Shown piece after piece: positions 43,001-55,300 of a stretch of 64,000 nt of DNA. Under the pieces are notes generated by a model. It did no database searches. It saw only the letters and a list, made by a program, of their open reading frames with translations, and was not told where the DNA came from. The stretch is from Hydrolagus colliei (Eukaryota): positions 18,972,001 to 19,036,000 of the forward strand of contig CM068748.1 of NCBI GenBank assembly GCA_035084275.1, given 5' to 3'. Every line of letters starts with the position of its first letter. Position 1 is the stretch's first letter. A program made the translations under genes and the position numbers.

Positions 43001-46000
43001 GGCACAAATTGTACATAGTGTCCCACAAACAGTATGGATTGAATGATCAAATTATCAAAGCAAAGCAATTATCAAAGCAATCCAACAATCGATGAACAAC
43101 CAGGTTCCTACTTACTGATAGGTAAACAGAGGTGTGTGGAGTAAGGAAACTTACCTAAGGTTTTGCCCCACTTGGGAATCAAACCCAAGTCCTCTCTTTG
43201 AAGTAATTCTTTAAACAATTTCTGCTCCCTGGCTTTCAAACGTTCCTCTTAAATGTATTGATTTGCATAAGGTTTGTACATGCAAATTGATCCAGTCTTG
43301 ACTATACAAACTCCCTGCTTGTTGGCCTACCCAACTCCTCCCTCCATAGGCCGCAGATTATCCAGAACTCTGCAGCCCCTGCTCCATGACCCTACCACCT
43401 CCATCCTCACCGACCTCCACTAACTTCCCATCACACAGAGGATACAGTTCAAGATCCTGGTCCTCACCTTCAAAGTGGCCTTGTTCAACCCTACCTCTGC
43501 AACCTACTAACCCACAACCAACCTGCCAGTTCAGTGGGCTCTGGCCTGCTTCACGTCCCCTACTTTGCCCACCCTGCCATTGGTGGGCAGGACTTCAGCG
43601 ACTCTGCCCCCACCCGCTGGAACTCCATCCCACAGTTCCTCCATCTCACCCCCTCCCTAGACTCCTTCAAGACCTATCTGAAGACCCTCTGCTTCTACCA
43701 TGCCCTTGTTCACTCTCCTTTCTTCCCACTGCCCTCTGCTCTCCTGAATCCTGACCCCCAGCTTAGGTCCGAAATACTATTTTGCCAGCGCCTTGGGACA
43801 TTCTACTGACATGAAATGCTCTATACAAAAGTAAACCCTATACAAAAGTTGAATCCTAAGATGAATCTCCATGGAAATTTATAGCACAAAATGTGGCAAT
43901 TCAGCCCATCAAGTTTTCTCTCAGAGCAAAGTGTTCATTCTATCCTACTACACTGCCCTTTGCATATTCTCTTTGAAGTCTTTACCCTTCATATACTTGT
44001 CTACTTCCTTCTCCAAACCGCAATCGTCTCTACATGATAGAAGTGCTTTGAGACATCTGGAAGATGTGAAAAGTTCTATATCAAACGGAATGGTTCTTCT
44101 TATTATTGTCACCTCAACCACTTTACTAGGTAGAGTATTCCACATCACAACTCTCCGAGTAAAACCACGTGGAGTCCTGAAATGTAGTAGATGGCGCACT
44201 CGCCTCACAAGCGAGAGAACCCAGGTTTGATTCTCTGGCAGTGCGAAAACGTTTCCTTAATCTGTGGTGCAATTGCTGTGTTTCTTGGATCAGGTGCGTT
44301 GGGGGGACAAAGGTTCGACAGAAGAGGGTGCGAAACTGGAGAAACCTAAAAACGCTGTTGTCAAAATGCCAGACCAAGAGTTTGAGCCCCTGGATCCCAG
44401 ACCGGGTAAACGTGGACAGAGGCACCCCCAACAAAGGAAATGGTACACCCCAGTAAAGGTAATTTATGACTCCTTGACGGACACATTGCAGCAATTGTCT
44501 AAAATGAACCATCAAGTGGCATTGCTATACAAATATAATTTTTTGTTGTTGTGCAAATATCGCCAGTCATGAAACGTATGTTGCCATGTCTCTCACTACC
44601 GAGCATTCAATTTCAAACGCACGTCACAAGAACAAAAGAATTGCAGGACAAAAGAAGATTACGGTCTTTCCATTTTGCCTTCTGCTATCCTGGCAGTCAC
44701 ATGCACATGTCTTGTCCCAAATTATACACTGTATCCCACAATATTATTTTGTAAAAGAAATCTGTCTAATTTACTGTCAGCATTTGGCACGTAAAGGATT
44801 TTCAAATAAACAAAAGCTACGGTATCACAACGACTCCTTAGTGTAGCATGTGTGATAGTGCAGATGGAAACTTGATGGTAACAGAGTGAAATGGTCATAG
44901 CTGTTGAGAATAGGGAGCTGTCACTTATTGTCTGAGCATCGACCTATGCAGATATCAGTGGTACGGAACAATTGCTGTCCCCCTGAGGTTCTTTCACAGA
45001 TGTGACAAGCGGGCAGCCAAGGAAGGCAATCATTGGAATCCATTTTGGATCATTATTTTTGCTGTCTCTTTTGGCAGAATTTCTGATTTGGAAGAAGTTC
45101 TAGTCTGGATTGCATTTTTTTTTAAAAACAGGAAAGAGCAATTGAACTTTTGAAATTTCATACAAAATATTATCAAACCGCATTAGCTATTCGGTCTGAT
45201 TTTTATTTCAGAACAAACTGGCCCAGAACAATCTTAAAGGTGTAAATGTTCAATTGCAAGATAATTTTTTTTTAAATGGAGCTAATCTTTGGGCCACAAT
45301 TTTCCACGTGGGCATTTGTTCATGGGCGGTTCGAGACTCTTGGGAACATTTTTACTGTGAAATAGTTTCAGCTTTCGCACTCACCAACCTATGTACCATA
45401 TGTCACCACAATCCATTGCTAAAACCAACTCGAATCTTCAACAAAAACAGAAGTTGCTGGGGAAACTCAGCAAGACAAGCAGCATCCATGGAGAAAGGAA
45501 AATAACCGTTCTGACGAAGGGTTGTAGACCCAAAACGTTGACTCATTTTCCTTTCTCTATGGATGCTGCCTGACCTGCTGAATTTCGCCAGCAAATTCTG
45601 TTTTTGTTTCAGATTCCCAGCATCTGTAGTATTTTATGTTTTGAATCTTCAACATAGGCTGTGCAGGAGTACATAACGGAGCGACTCTGGATTGTAGTTT
45701 CAGAGCAGCGGGTGGTGGGGGGAGAGGGAAATGGCTTCAAACTCTCCTTCCTACTTTACTGAAAGGAGGTTGCATTCAGCACAGTAAATAACAGACTTTG
45801 GGTTAAGTGAAGCCACAATGGCATTTGAAAGTAAGGAAGAAAATCTTGCATTCAATGAATGGCTTAAAAGTAACAAAAGGATGAATGTGGAAAAGCAATG
45901 AATCATTCCTTTACATCTCCACCTTGGAGTAAAGTGGAAAGTTTTACTCTATGGGTGTAAATCTTGGCGCCTGACACTGTGTGTGTATTTATCTAGGGCA

Positions 46001-46298
46001 AATTGGATGCCTTGTGGGCTCTTTTTCGCAGAGGCTACGATCAAGTATCTCTGATGAGGCCACTGCCTGGGGACAAGGTAAGAGATCACTTCTGAAAATA
46101 ACTCGGAAAGAGTCAAAGGTGCACAGCAGAAGACGGAGGATTTCTTTCTGATACTTTTTCTAGGATATCAAGTGCAGGAAAGTCTGTACGCTATCAAAGT
46201 ATTTGAGCAGCTAAGTTTCAATTTGTCCAGAATAGCAATCAGGCTCCTTTATCTCGCTTTTTTTTAAAGTTAAGAGTGAAGACCTGGGACTGACTGCA

Positions 46299-46329
<31 letters not shown>

Positions 46330-49300
46330 ATTACACACGCTTCAACCAGCTGGGTGTGTTAGATTCTATTGAGACTTGTGCATTAAAGATATATGCAGAT
46401 TAGATTTGAATGTGTCACTCTTACAGTATATATGAAAGCAAGGACCTTTTACAGTTTCAATATCTGAGCCCAAATATGCATCAAAGCATTCAGTCACCAG
46501 AAATGTTATAATTAAGGTTTTATTTATTCATTCTCACTTGCGCGCCAAGTGCAGGCTTGTGTAGTAAATGTACACGTGAACAAAGCACACACAGTCCACA
46601 TACTTACACTGCATCCAGTATAGTAAGCACTGTATATTCAGGCCAGAGCAGCAATTCTGTTGCGGTTAGACACCAGTCTCAAAAGAATCCGACACCACCC
46701 AACTTGTTAAAAGGCATGGCTGGACCAGGCAGACTGTTCCTGCTGTCCTATAATATAATTATAATTGAACCAGATTTTTCAAGAGCAATATATTTTCTTG
46801 CTTGCAATTTGTTGGAGGGGTTGAGGTTGAGATTTTACTTGAACCTACAGTTGTTTCAGGATTAAGTTATCTTTGTTTGCTTGTGAAATGTTTTACAACG
46901 TTTTTTTTGAATTCAATAATCAGATGTGTGGCTGTCTTTTCTCAACCACTTCGCCATTTAACCACCATTTAATTGAATTAGTCACCACGAGGAATTGAAT
47001 GCAAATCGCAGTGAATTCACTGCTGTGCGCAATTGCCTGCCTCATTTCACCCACAAAATACATAGTCAACACATGCATAGTCCACTTTACAATATATTCT
47101 GTGAAGCGCTTGGAAACGACTCAACAAAGTGACAAGGCGCTATATCAAAAGCAAGAATTATTATTATTCATTTAAAATCCCCACCTTTGTGTACCTATCC
47201 TGCCAGGTCCTCGCTCCACCCTACCCTCCACAGCTTCCTCTCCCAGAGTACTGCTCAATAATCCAGTTAAATTGGTCATTCACCCTCCAGGTGTTTGTGG
47301 GGCCTTGCCCTGCAAAAGCGCTTTAACTATACTTCAGTGATTACTGTAAAATGCTTTGAGAAATTTGAATTACAAGCAGTAAATCAAAGACAAGTATTAT
47401 CATTTTCTCACGGATCATTTTTTACGCTATGCATTTATCTGAGACTCAGCAAGCCATGACTATAGAGGCTAGAATAAAACAATGTGGATCACCTAGCGGG
47501 GGCAGGGGAAGAGGATGAATTGTGAGTACGTTAACCAAATGCAATGTGATTTAGGGTTGTAGAAGTTTTAAGAGTTCCAGAGATTGGAGACATATGGGAC
47601 AAAAGCTCACCCACCAATCTCCACACTGATGTGGCTTTTGAGATTTATATCATTTTGTGAATCTGTCAGAAGCAGCAGGTAAAACTGACACCACCAAGCA
47701 CACACGTTCCAGTGCAGGGAGTGCGAGTGAAGAAAATTGCTGCCATTTCCCACTGAACCATGTAAGAGGTTTTCCAGTCATGTGTAATGCTAGAAAATGT
47801 GATGCCAAATTAATCATTCTGTGGGAATATGCTTTTGGCATCTTGCATTTTTTCTCACCAGTGAAAACTTGTGAATTAGTGCCAGTGAAAGTTATTTTTA
47901 TGGTTATATTAGGCTGTATGTTGTGCTATAAGATAACACAGTCAATTTGCGTGGAATATGCCATGTCATTTCAATTTAATGTCAACGCTTCGTCTACGCA
48001 TATAATCTGAGTCAAGTGAAGGACAAGTTGAAATGTTTTGTGTCTGAAATTTCTCATTGATAGTAAGGTACAGCAGCAACAAATCCTCGGTTGATCCCCA
48101 AGCATTTAACTTGTGTGAGGTCTGGTGATTTTAAATTGTCAATTCACTGTATTGTGTATTGTGTAAAGCACTTTGAGACGTCTCAATGATGTGCTAAGGT
48201 GCTATATTAAACATAAGGATTACTATTATTAATTCAGAAGGGAAAAGGAAATGCTTATTTTCAGTGGAGGAGGGCTGGTCGATCATTTTTGGATAACTGT
48301 GTGCTTTGCATAATGCATGGATTTTCTTTTGCTTCTTGCAAGGAAATCCCTTTGAGATTTGTAAATAGGCAGCATAAGCCCAGCTGTTTCCTGAAACTGC
48401 ATCCTGTCTCACACAAAATCCACTTATTAAACCCATTTAGTTTTCCTTGCCAGCTTTTCTCATCTCCCGTTCCCCCTCCACCCATACATACATACATACG
48501 TACATCTCAAGGCACCAATTGAGTCATAACCTTAAACATTCACCAAAACAGCATTGGAGATCCGACAGAGTTCATACTCAGTCTGAGTGAAATTTGAAGC
48601 CTAAAAGAATAGACCATTATATGCTGAAAGGAAACACACCATAAACAACTGGTGGGCAGTTAGCAGAAAAGTACAGATAATTAAATCATGATAGCTGGGG
48701 TGAAAAGCTTAGTCCCAGGTGTGAAATTATGTACATGCTTTGGCCATCTTCAAAACAGTGACGTGGCAAGCAATCTGGAGTATCCCCAAACGTCTTCAAA
48801 TCCTACATTCTGTATATTTAACATGTTATTTTAAAGCCCACATTTAGAGGTGAAGCGAGCAAAAATACAATGGGAAAAAAATCTGCAATGGATCAGCAAA
48901 AAGAAGTGATTCAACTTTCACAACACCATAAGATACTTGGGAAGTGGTTACATTAGTATATTACCACCGCATCCAAAATAAGCAGATCTCCTTCTCCCAC
49001 CCCCACACACCCACCCAACCCAATCTCAAATTCCCCTATGAGCTTGCTTTTTCTCAGAAGCAAGAGGGATTATGTGACAGCTGTTTGCCTCGACTTGAGA
49101 AAGGTTTAAAACCGTGTCATTTTTTTCAGCTCACTTAGAGAGAGAAAAAAATTCTGAAATGTTGCTTTGACCAACAAGATGCATGGCTGTGGCATAACAC
49201 TGAATAGTCAGCATGTGGTTTTAATCTGCACAGAAATGTTAACTATATGCCTCGTATTTCTTAAACTAGATCCTGTAAGATCCAAAAGAAAAACTCCTAA

Positions 49301-52300
49301 CTGCACCAAATTCAATTTATAACAGATTTGAGGAGATTTTCTGGTTCCAATGCAATAACATGTGAAAGCACCCTTGGTGTTTGAGCATTTGAATCCCAGC
49401 AATGCTTAATGGAAGGCTTTACTGGCCAATGCAAATTGTTTCACCTTGGGTAGAGAATCTGGCCAGCGATAGATAAGAGCATTGCACAATGTCAGTCACT
49501 TGGGAAGAAATAATTTCACATAGTAAACGTACTCAAATGTAGTAGTCGTCATTTTTAGGTTAAATGTCTTCATGTCAAGAAACAAATGGTATTGATCAAG
49601 TACAGTGCAGCATGCAATGTATAATGGAAGATTGGGGAGAGGAAAGATGAAGTGATGGAGGACTGTGTAGATCTCTTGCCACTCTTCCTCTCTCTCCCCC
49701 AACTCTTGTCTCCCTGTCTATTCCTCCCAAACTTCTTTCCTTTCTCTTTTACTTTTGATTCCATTAAATTGTCTCCAGTTTTTGTGGTTGGCTTTCCGCC
49801 ACAACGCTTTACTCTTGAGGTGCTTACAGTTTGGACTGGCTTTTCTGTCTCTCTCTGCCCTCACCCCCCACACACCCCTCCCCGCCACCCCTAAGCTTCA
49901 TATTCATAGATCTTTACAGATCTCACCAAATAGCGGGTTCCAGCCTCTACTCAAATTTCCAGCCATCAGGATAAACCTGACCAAGTAAAAAGTAAACAAA
50001 ACCAATTCTCCATGGAATACATTCTGGTCAGTGGAGCAAATGTACGTGCATCCAAGTCTCTGATCTTTCAGAGTAACTGCAAAAGTATTCTGCCAAAGAA
50101 AGCACTCAGGAGCCTCTGCAACTCATGAGGTTCAATATTCTCAGCAGCATCAATTTCCAAACAAAAACCACAACAGAGTTGTAACTTCCTGCCCTTCATA
50201 ATGTCTGTCTACGCAGCAGTGAAATGGCTTATCCTAACCAGATTTGTGAATGCAAGGAAAATAAGGTTATTTTAAGCTGAGGCACATGTAGACAGTGTCC
50301 CCACAGACATGCGAGCTGTCTTCTTCCAACTCAATAAATGTGCAATAGCACATGTCATTTCAGGATTTATAAAGTTCCCGTTAAGATGTATTCTCTCAAG
50401 ACTGAAGAGCCTTGGCCTATCTGATCTTTCCTCATAGCTCATTCCTCTAGCCTGGGAAGCCCCCTTATGTCACAGTGACCAGAATTATATAATAATATAA
50501 ATGCTTGCATTTGGTATAGTGCCTTTCATATCAGGTGGGCATCTCAAAGTGCTTCACAGGATATACTCTAAAGTGCAGTGACTGTGTATAGAAGTGACTT
50601 AAAAACATCCAAGTGAAAACATTTTTATATATATACTGATGAGTATCAAAAAATAATCTGCCACTACAAATCCAAAAGGAATTAGGAGGAATTTCTGAGA
50701 ATGAGGTGGGGGACGGGTGGTGGTGGGAGGGAATACAGACTCTGGCACAGGCTAATTGGACCGAATGGCCTTTTCGGTGCTGTGCAGTCCATAGGACCAT
50801 AGAATCTCACAGCCCAGAAGGAGGCCATTCGGTGCTTTTTGGTTAACCCTTTTACTCTGCCACCTTATACTGCATTTTAATGTTGCTAAAACTTAGAAAA
50901 CCTCCTTCTTTAAAGGACATTTGATTTCGAAAATCATTGCTATGGTTTCATGCTTCAACATATTTTCACTGGAGCAGAGAAGATTAAGGGGTGATCTGAC
51001 TTCAGGATTATGATGGGTTGCAACAGGGTAAATGGTACCAGATAACTGTATTTTCACTGGTCGATGATTCAGCAACAAGAGGGCAGGCCATAAATTCAAA
51101 ATAATCACATGAAATAATTAAAGGGGCAGTTGAAGAAAATTTGTTACACAGGCTAGAATGTTGAATTATTTGCCTCAAACCAGTGTTAATGCAGACTTCA
51201 GTTCTTTGAAAATAGTTTTTGTAAGCTTTAAATGAAAGGAATGCAAAAGGGTGTAACGAGTGAGCGGGAGAGTGGGTTTGGACTGAGTGGCTCTCGTGGG
51301 GGAAAATCACAGTCTTGATAATGAGCAAAATCAATTTAGAAGTAATGTGGATTGTTGTATCAATTTATTTAATTCCCTTTTAAAAAGCTTTCAGTGGGGA
51401 AGGAAGACATGTTAAGGCTTGCGGGTTCTCTACTGGAATGTTAACAGTGCTGCTGCTGAGAGAACATCCTTTATAAACCACAACAGTGGGCAAAGTTACA
51501 TTCGACCTAAAGAAAAACACAGAGGTTGTCATGGAAGTGAATGCTAAGTGTGGATGGAAGCGTCTCATAGAACTGCTGAATGCAATGGCTTCAATGCATT
51601 GTCTCCAGGAGTTGCTTTTGTGAGCCACTTAGAGGTAACTCACAATACAAGCCAGCATCTAGGTGGTCTAATGGAATAAATCCCTCAGTAGACTGGCCTG
51701 AAAAGGCCATGAGGCCGTTTCACAAGATGATATTCAGAGACGGGCATTCAGGCGTGATGTCCTCAGGAAAGGGCTAAACAAATTGCTGTGATTGATTGGG
51801 CTCAAGTCAGGGTGAGGGCAACGCCTGCTGCCTCAACACTTGGCCAAAGAAAAGGCAATTTGGAGCGCAGTCCACCAACAGGCTAACACAAGGATGAACA
51901 TATGGGACGGAACAGAATGGGGCAGTATGAATACTGCACAGATGTGAGTGGAGGTAAGGGAGTCATCCCATATGGTGCCTTACTGGTCTTTGGTTGGTCA
52001 TGAATGGCAATAAGCATTAGTTCAAGGCAGCGGAGAGATTTACTGTCAGAACTAATGATGGACGCACGGAGAGCTGAATGTAAGCAGACTGATAAGCTGC
52101 TTCTTAGGGGCGACAGGCTGAGCTGCCGACTGCAAACAGGGAAACGGACAGCTGTCACGGCTAGGATCATTAGTCCAGTCTCCAACAATGCAACTCTGAC
52201 ACCTTGGTTTAAAGATTTAATGCATACCAGACTGCAAGAACACAATATGCCAGGGGTATTGCATTAGAGTAATTATTATCCGTCATACCTCATTAATCTT

Positions 52301-55300
52301 TTCATGAACTCAAGAGTATGGGGGAGGTGGGGTGATCATTTGCCTGATACGAGTGTGGTTGAAATCATTTGTGGAGTGATCAAAACACTGCAGCAGGGAG
52401 GGTGGGGGGGATTAAAAAAGATACATCTTAATCTAAAACCTCCTGGAAACACTTTCACAAACATTTGGTTGTTTGGTGCATACAATAAGCAATGTCTGTT
52501 TAGCCAAAATGATGCTCAACAGATTTTTCAGCAAAGCTTTCTTGCATGTCAGTAAACATTATATTTCAATATGGGAATTGAAATGGTCTTCCTGAACACA
52601 GATATCCCAAATTCTAAAGTCTTAAGCATATTTACCTCAGTAGATAAATAGCTCCTGTGGCTCCTGTGGCTTAGTGGTTAGAGCACTTGTCTTTCAAGCT
52701 GGTGAGACCTGTGTTCGAATCCAGGCAGGTCTGGGAGAAACCTTGGGCAAGTTTCCTTACTCCACACGCCTAATAATAATCCCTCAAAAAAAAAAACCAC
52801 AATAATAAAATTGGTCATTTCAATCCACGATTGTTTGTGGGACACTGCTGTGCGCAATTGGCTGCCGCGATTCGCCCACAAATATATACAGTCGATTCAC
52901 TTTACAGTATAATCTGTGAAGCGCTTTGGGACATCGATAAGATATGAAAAGCGCTATATTAAATGCAAGGATTATTATTATTATAGATAATTGAGCAAAT
53001 TCATAAATTGTGTTGCAACAGGACTGAGCACGTCCCACAGGTATGATAATTTTTTCCGATTGCAAAGCCTTCAATCATAGCATTCCTATCAGCATGTTGC
53101 ATTCAAACGTTGTTTTAAAAATTGGGTCAGCCGTGTGTCTGACACAAGTGAAAACCCATCACGGTGCTCAACAACAACAACAACAAAATTACATTTATAG
53201 AGCGCCTTTCACATCAGGAGGACGTCCCAAGGACATTTAGAGTATCCATACCAAGATGAGATTTCCATGCAACCCACCTACACATGAAAATCTCGGAGAT
53301 AGATTATTGGAATGGAATACGCATTCTCTCCCTGGAGGGACATATCCTACTTACCTACCTAATTCCACTGAGTATTAGGTGCAGTTTGCCGTTCATTTTG
53401 CTGCATCGCAAGCTTTCCTGATTCAAAAATTACAAGGAGCCTTGAAACTCTTAAATGGTCGCAAGCAACCACGTGCCTTGTAAGCAGATTTGGAACTGAT
53501 TTGTTGACCAAAGAGAAATTTGCCTCATCTTACGTTTCAATAAAAATGATAAATTCTAAGTCCCATTAACAACAGCACAATGTTGCGTTTGTATCGTGCC
53601 GTCCACGCAGGGTATTGTCTCAGTACCAGAGACCTGACATCAAAGGCTGGCATTGCATTGTGGTATTGAAAAGAACAAAACATAGGCTACTGGAATTCAG
53701 GCATGATCTTGGAATAACAAATCTGTGATCTTTCAATCAAGTTTGAAACAAACATATACCGTAATAGGATTGCCCCAGTTTTGATGAAGGGTTGTGGACC
53801 AAAACATTGACTCACTTTCCTTTCTCCATAGATCCTGCCTGACCTGCTGAGTGTTCCCAGCGATTTTCTGTTTTGTTTCATATAATGGGATTATCTATCA
53901 AAGTACAACACAACAGATGCCCGAAATTCCACCTCTTTGCATTGATAACAATCAACTTAAAACTCGAAGAATTTTTAGTCCAGTATCAATTTGGGAAATA
54001 CTTTTTAAGAATCAGGGAGAAACAGCTCCCTGAAAAGAATCACTGAACTTTAGCACAAAATCCAGCACACTCTTTAATAATAATAATAATCCTTGTATTT
54101 GATATAGTGCCTTATCACGAATTTGAGACGTTTCAAAGCGCTTTACATAAAGTGAATTGACTGTATATTTTGTGGGCGAACTGTGGCAGCAGACTGTTTA
54201 CAAAGAGGAGTGACCAAATTATTGTTTTGAAAGGAGTTTTACAATAAAAATTAAGAAAGCGGCGTTAAGGCTGAGACCAGGTGAAATTTAGTCTCTGGAG
54301 ATTAAGAGATTAAATTATAGCGTGTCCTTCGCCGATTCCAACAGGGATCAAACTTATATACTGCCTAACATACATCGCTAAAGCACAATTGAGTTGCACA
54401 GAAAATACAGCCAGGTGCTGGTTTAGCTTTTGGCAAAATGTTTACTGTTGGAGGGAGACTGCATGGCTGGGACACGATGCAACTTGTTTCAGTGCAGCAG
54501 ACACAAAACTGCTGATCCCAGCTCAAAACAGACGGGGCATTCCTTTCCCTCATTGGCGTAAACCTGAGAGTGTGCCAAACAAAGAAGGGAATCTTTTCTG
54601 TCACAATATGGCTCGTGGCCTTTAAACTCTCCATCTGTTTGTGTGACAAGTAATCAAAGCGCGTGGCAGGAACTGCCAGCACTTTGACGGGCCTTCTCCA
54701 CTTTAACTGGAGTGAGAGTAATTTGAAGAGATTCATGGCTTCTTACTGGATTGTACACCAGTGATGGGTTAGCTATGAATTTTTTTACAACCAAGCATTT
54801 TTGTGTTTGATTAACACAGCATGAAATGAGTGCAGACACCTTGGTTGTATCCCGTGACAGCAGATTGCCTTAAGGAGCGTTCAATGTGTCTGCACGGTTA
54901 CTTTACTGCTCTTTTAAGCAAAATGCAAACATAATAAAGTGAAGCTATTTTCAATGAAGGAGGTAAACTTTGCTGTGTTGCTCAGAGCTTCTTTGTGTTA
55001 ATGCAAATTCATTCATCTGCACAAACACATACAAGCAGGGTTTTACTACAATAAGAATCCTTGCATTTGATAATAGCATCTTATCACATTGTTGAGACGT
55101 TTTTTAAATCCTCCGCAGAATATACTAAGAAGTGAATTGACTGTATATTTTGTGGGAGAAACGCAGTAGCCAATTGCTCACAGCATTGTCTCACAAACAG
55201 TCGTGGATTGAGTGATTCATTCTTTTTTAGAAAAAGGACCAGAACACAAAAAAATTTAAAACAAAAAAAAATGCAAAAACTTCAACTCGGGCATAGAAGA

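Noticed and set aside
44185-44200. CTCF-like GTAGATGGCGC
   Set aside because: Lacks the 5' CC of the core motif and sits next to decayed repeat sequence.
50758-50835. Hairpin resembling a pre-miRNA
   Set aside because: Explained by two CR1 3' ends joined tail to tail.
52660-52730. tRNA gene
   Set aside because: The A/B boxes belong to a SINE head; no complete cloverleaf or terminator, and the sequence continues into the SINE body.
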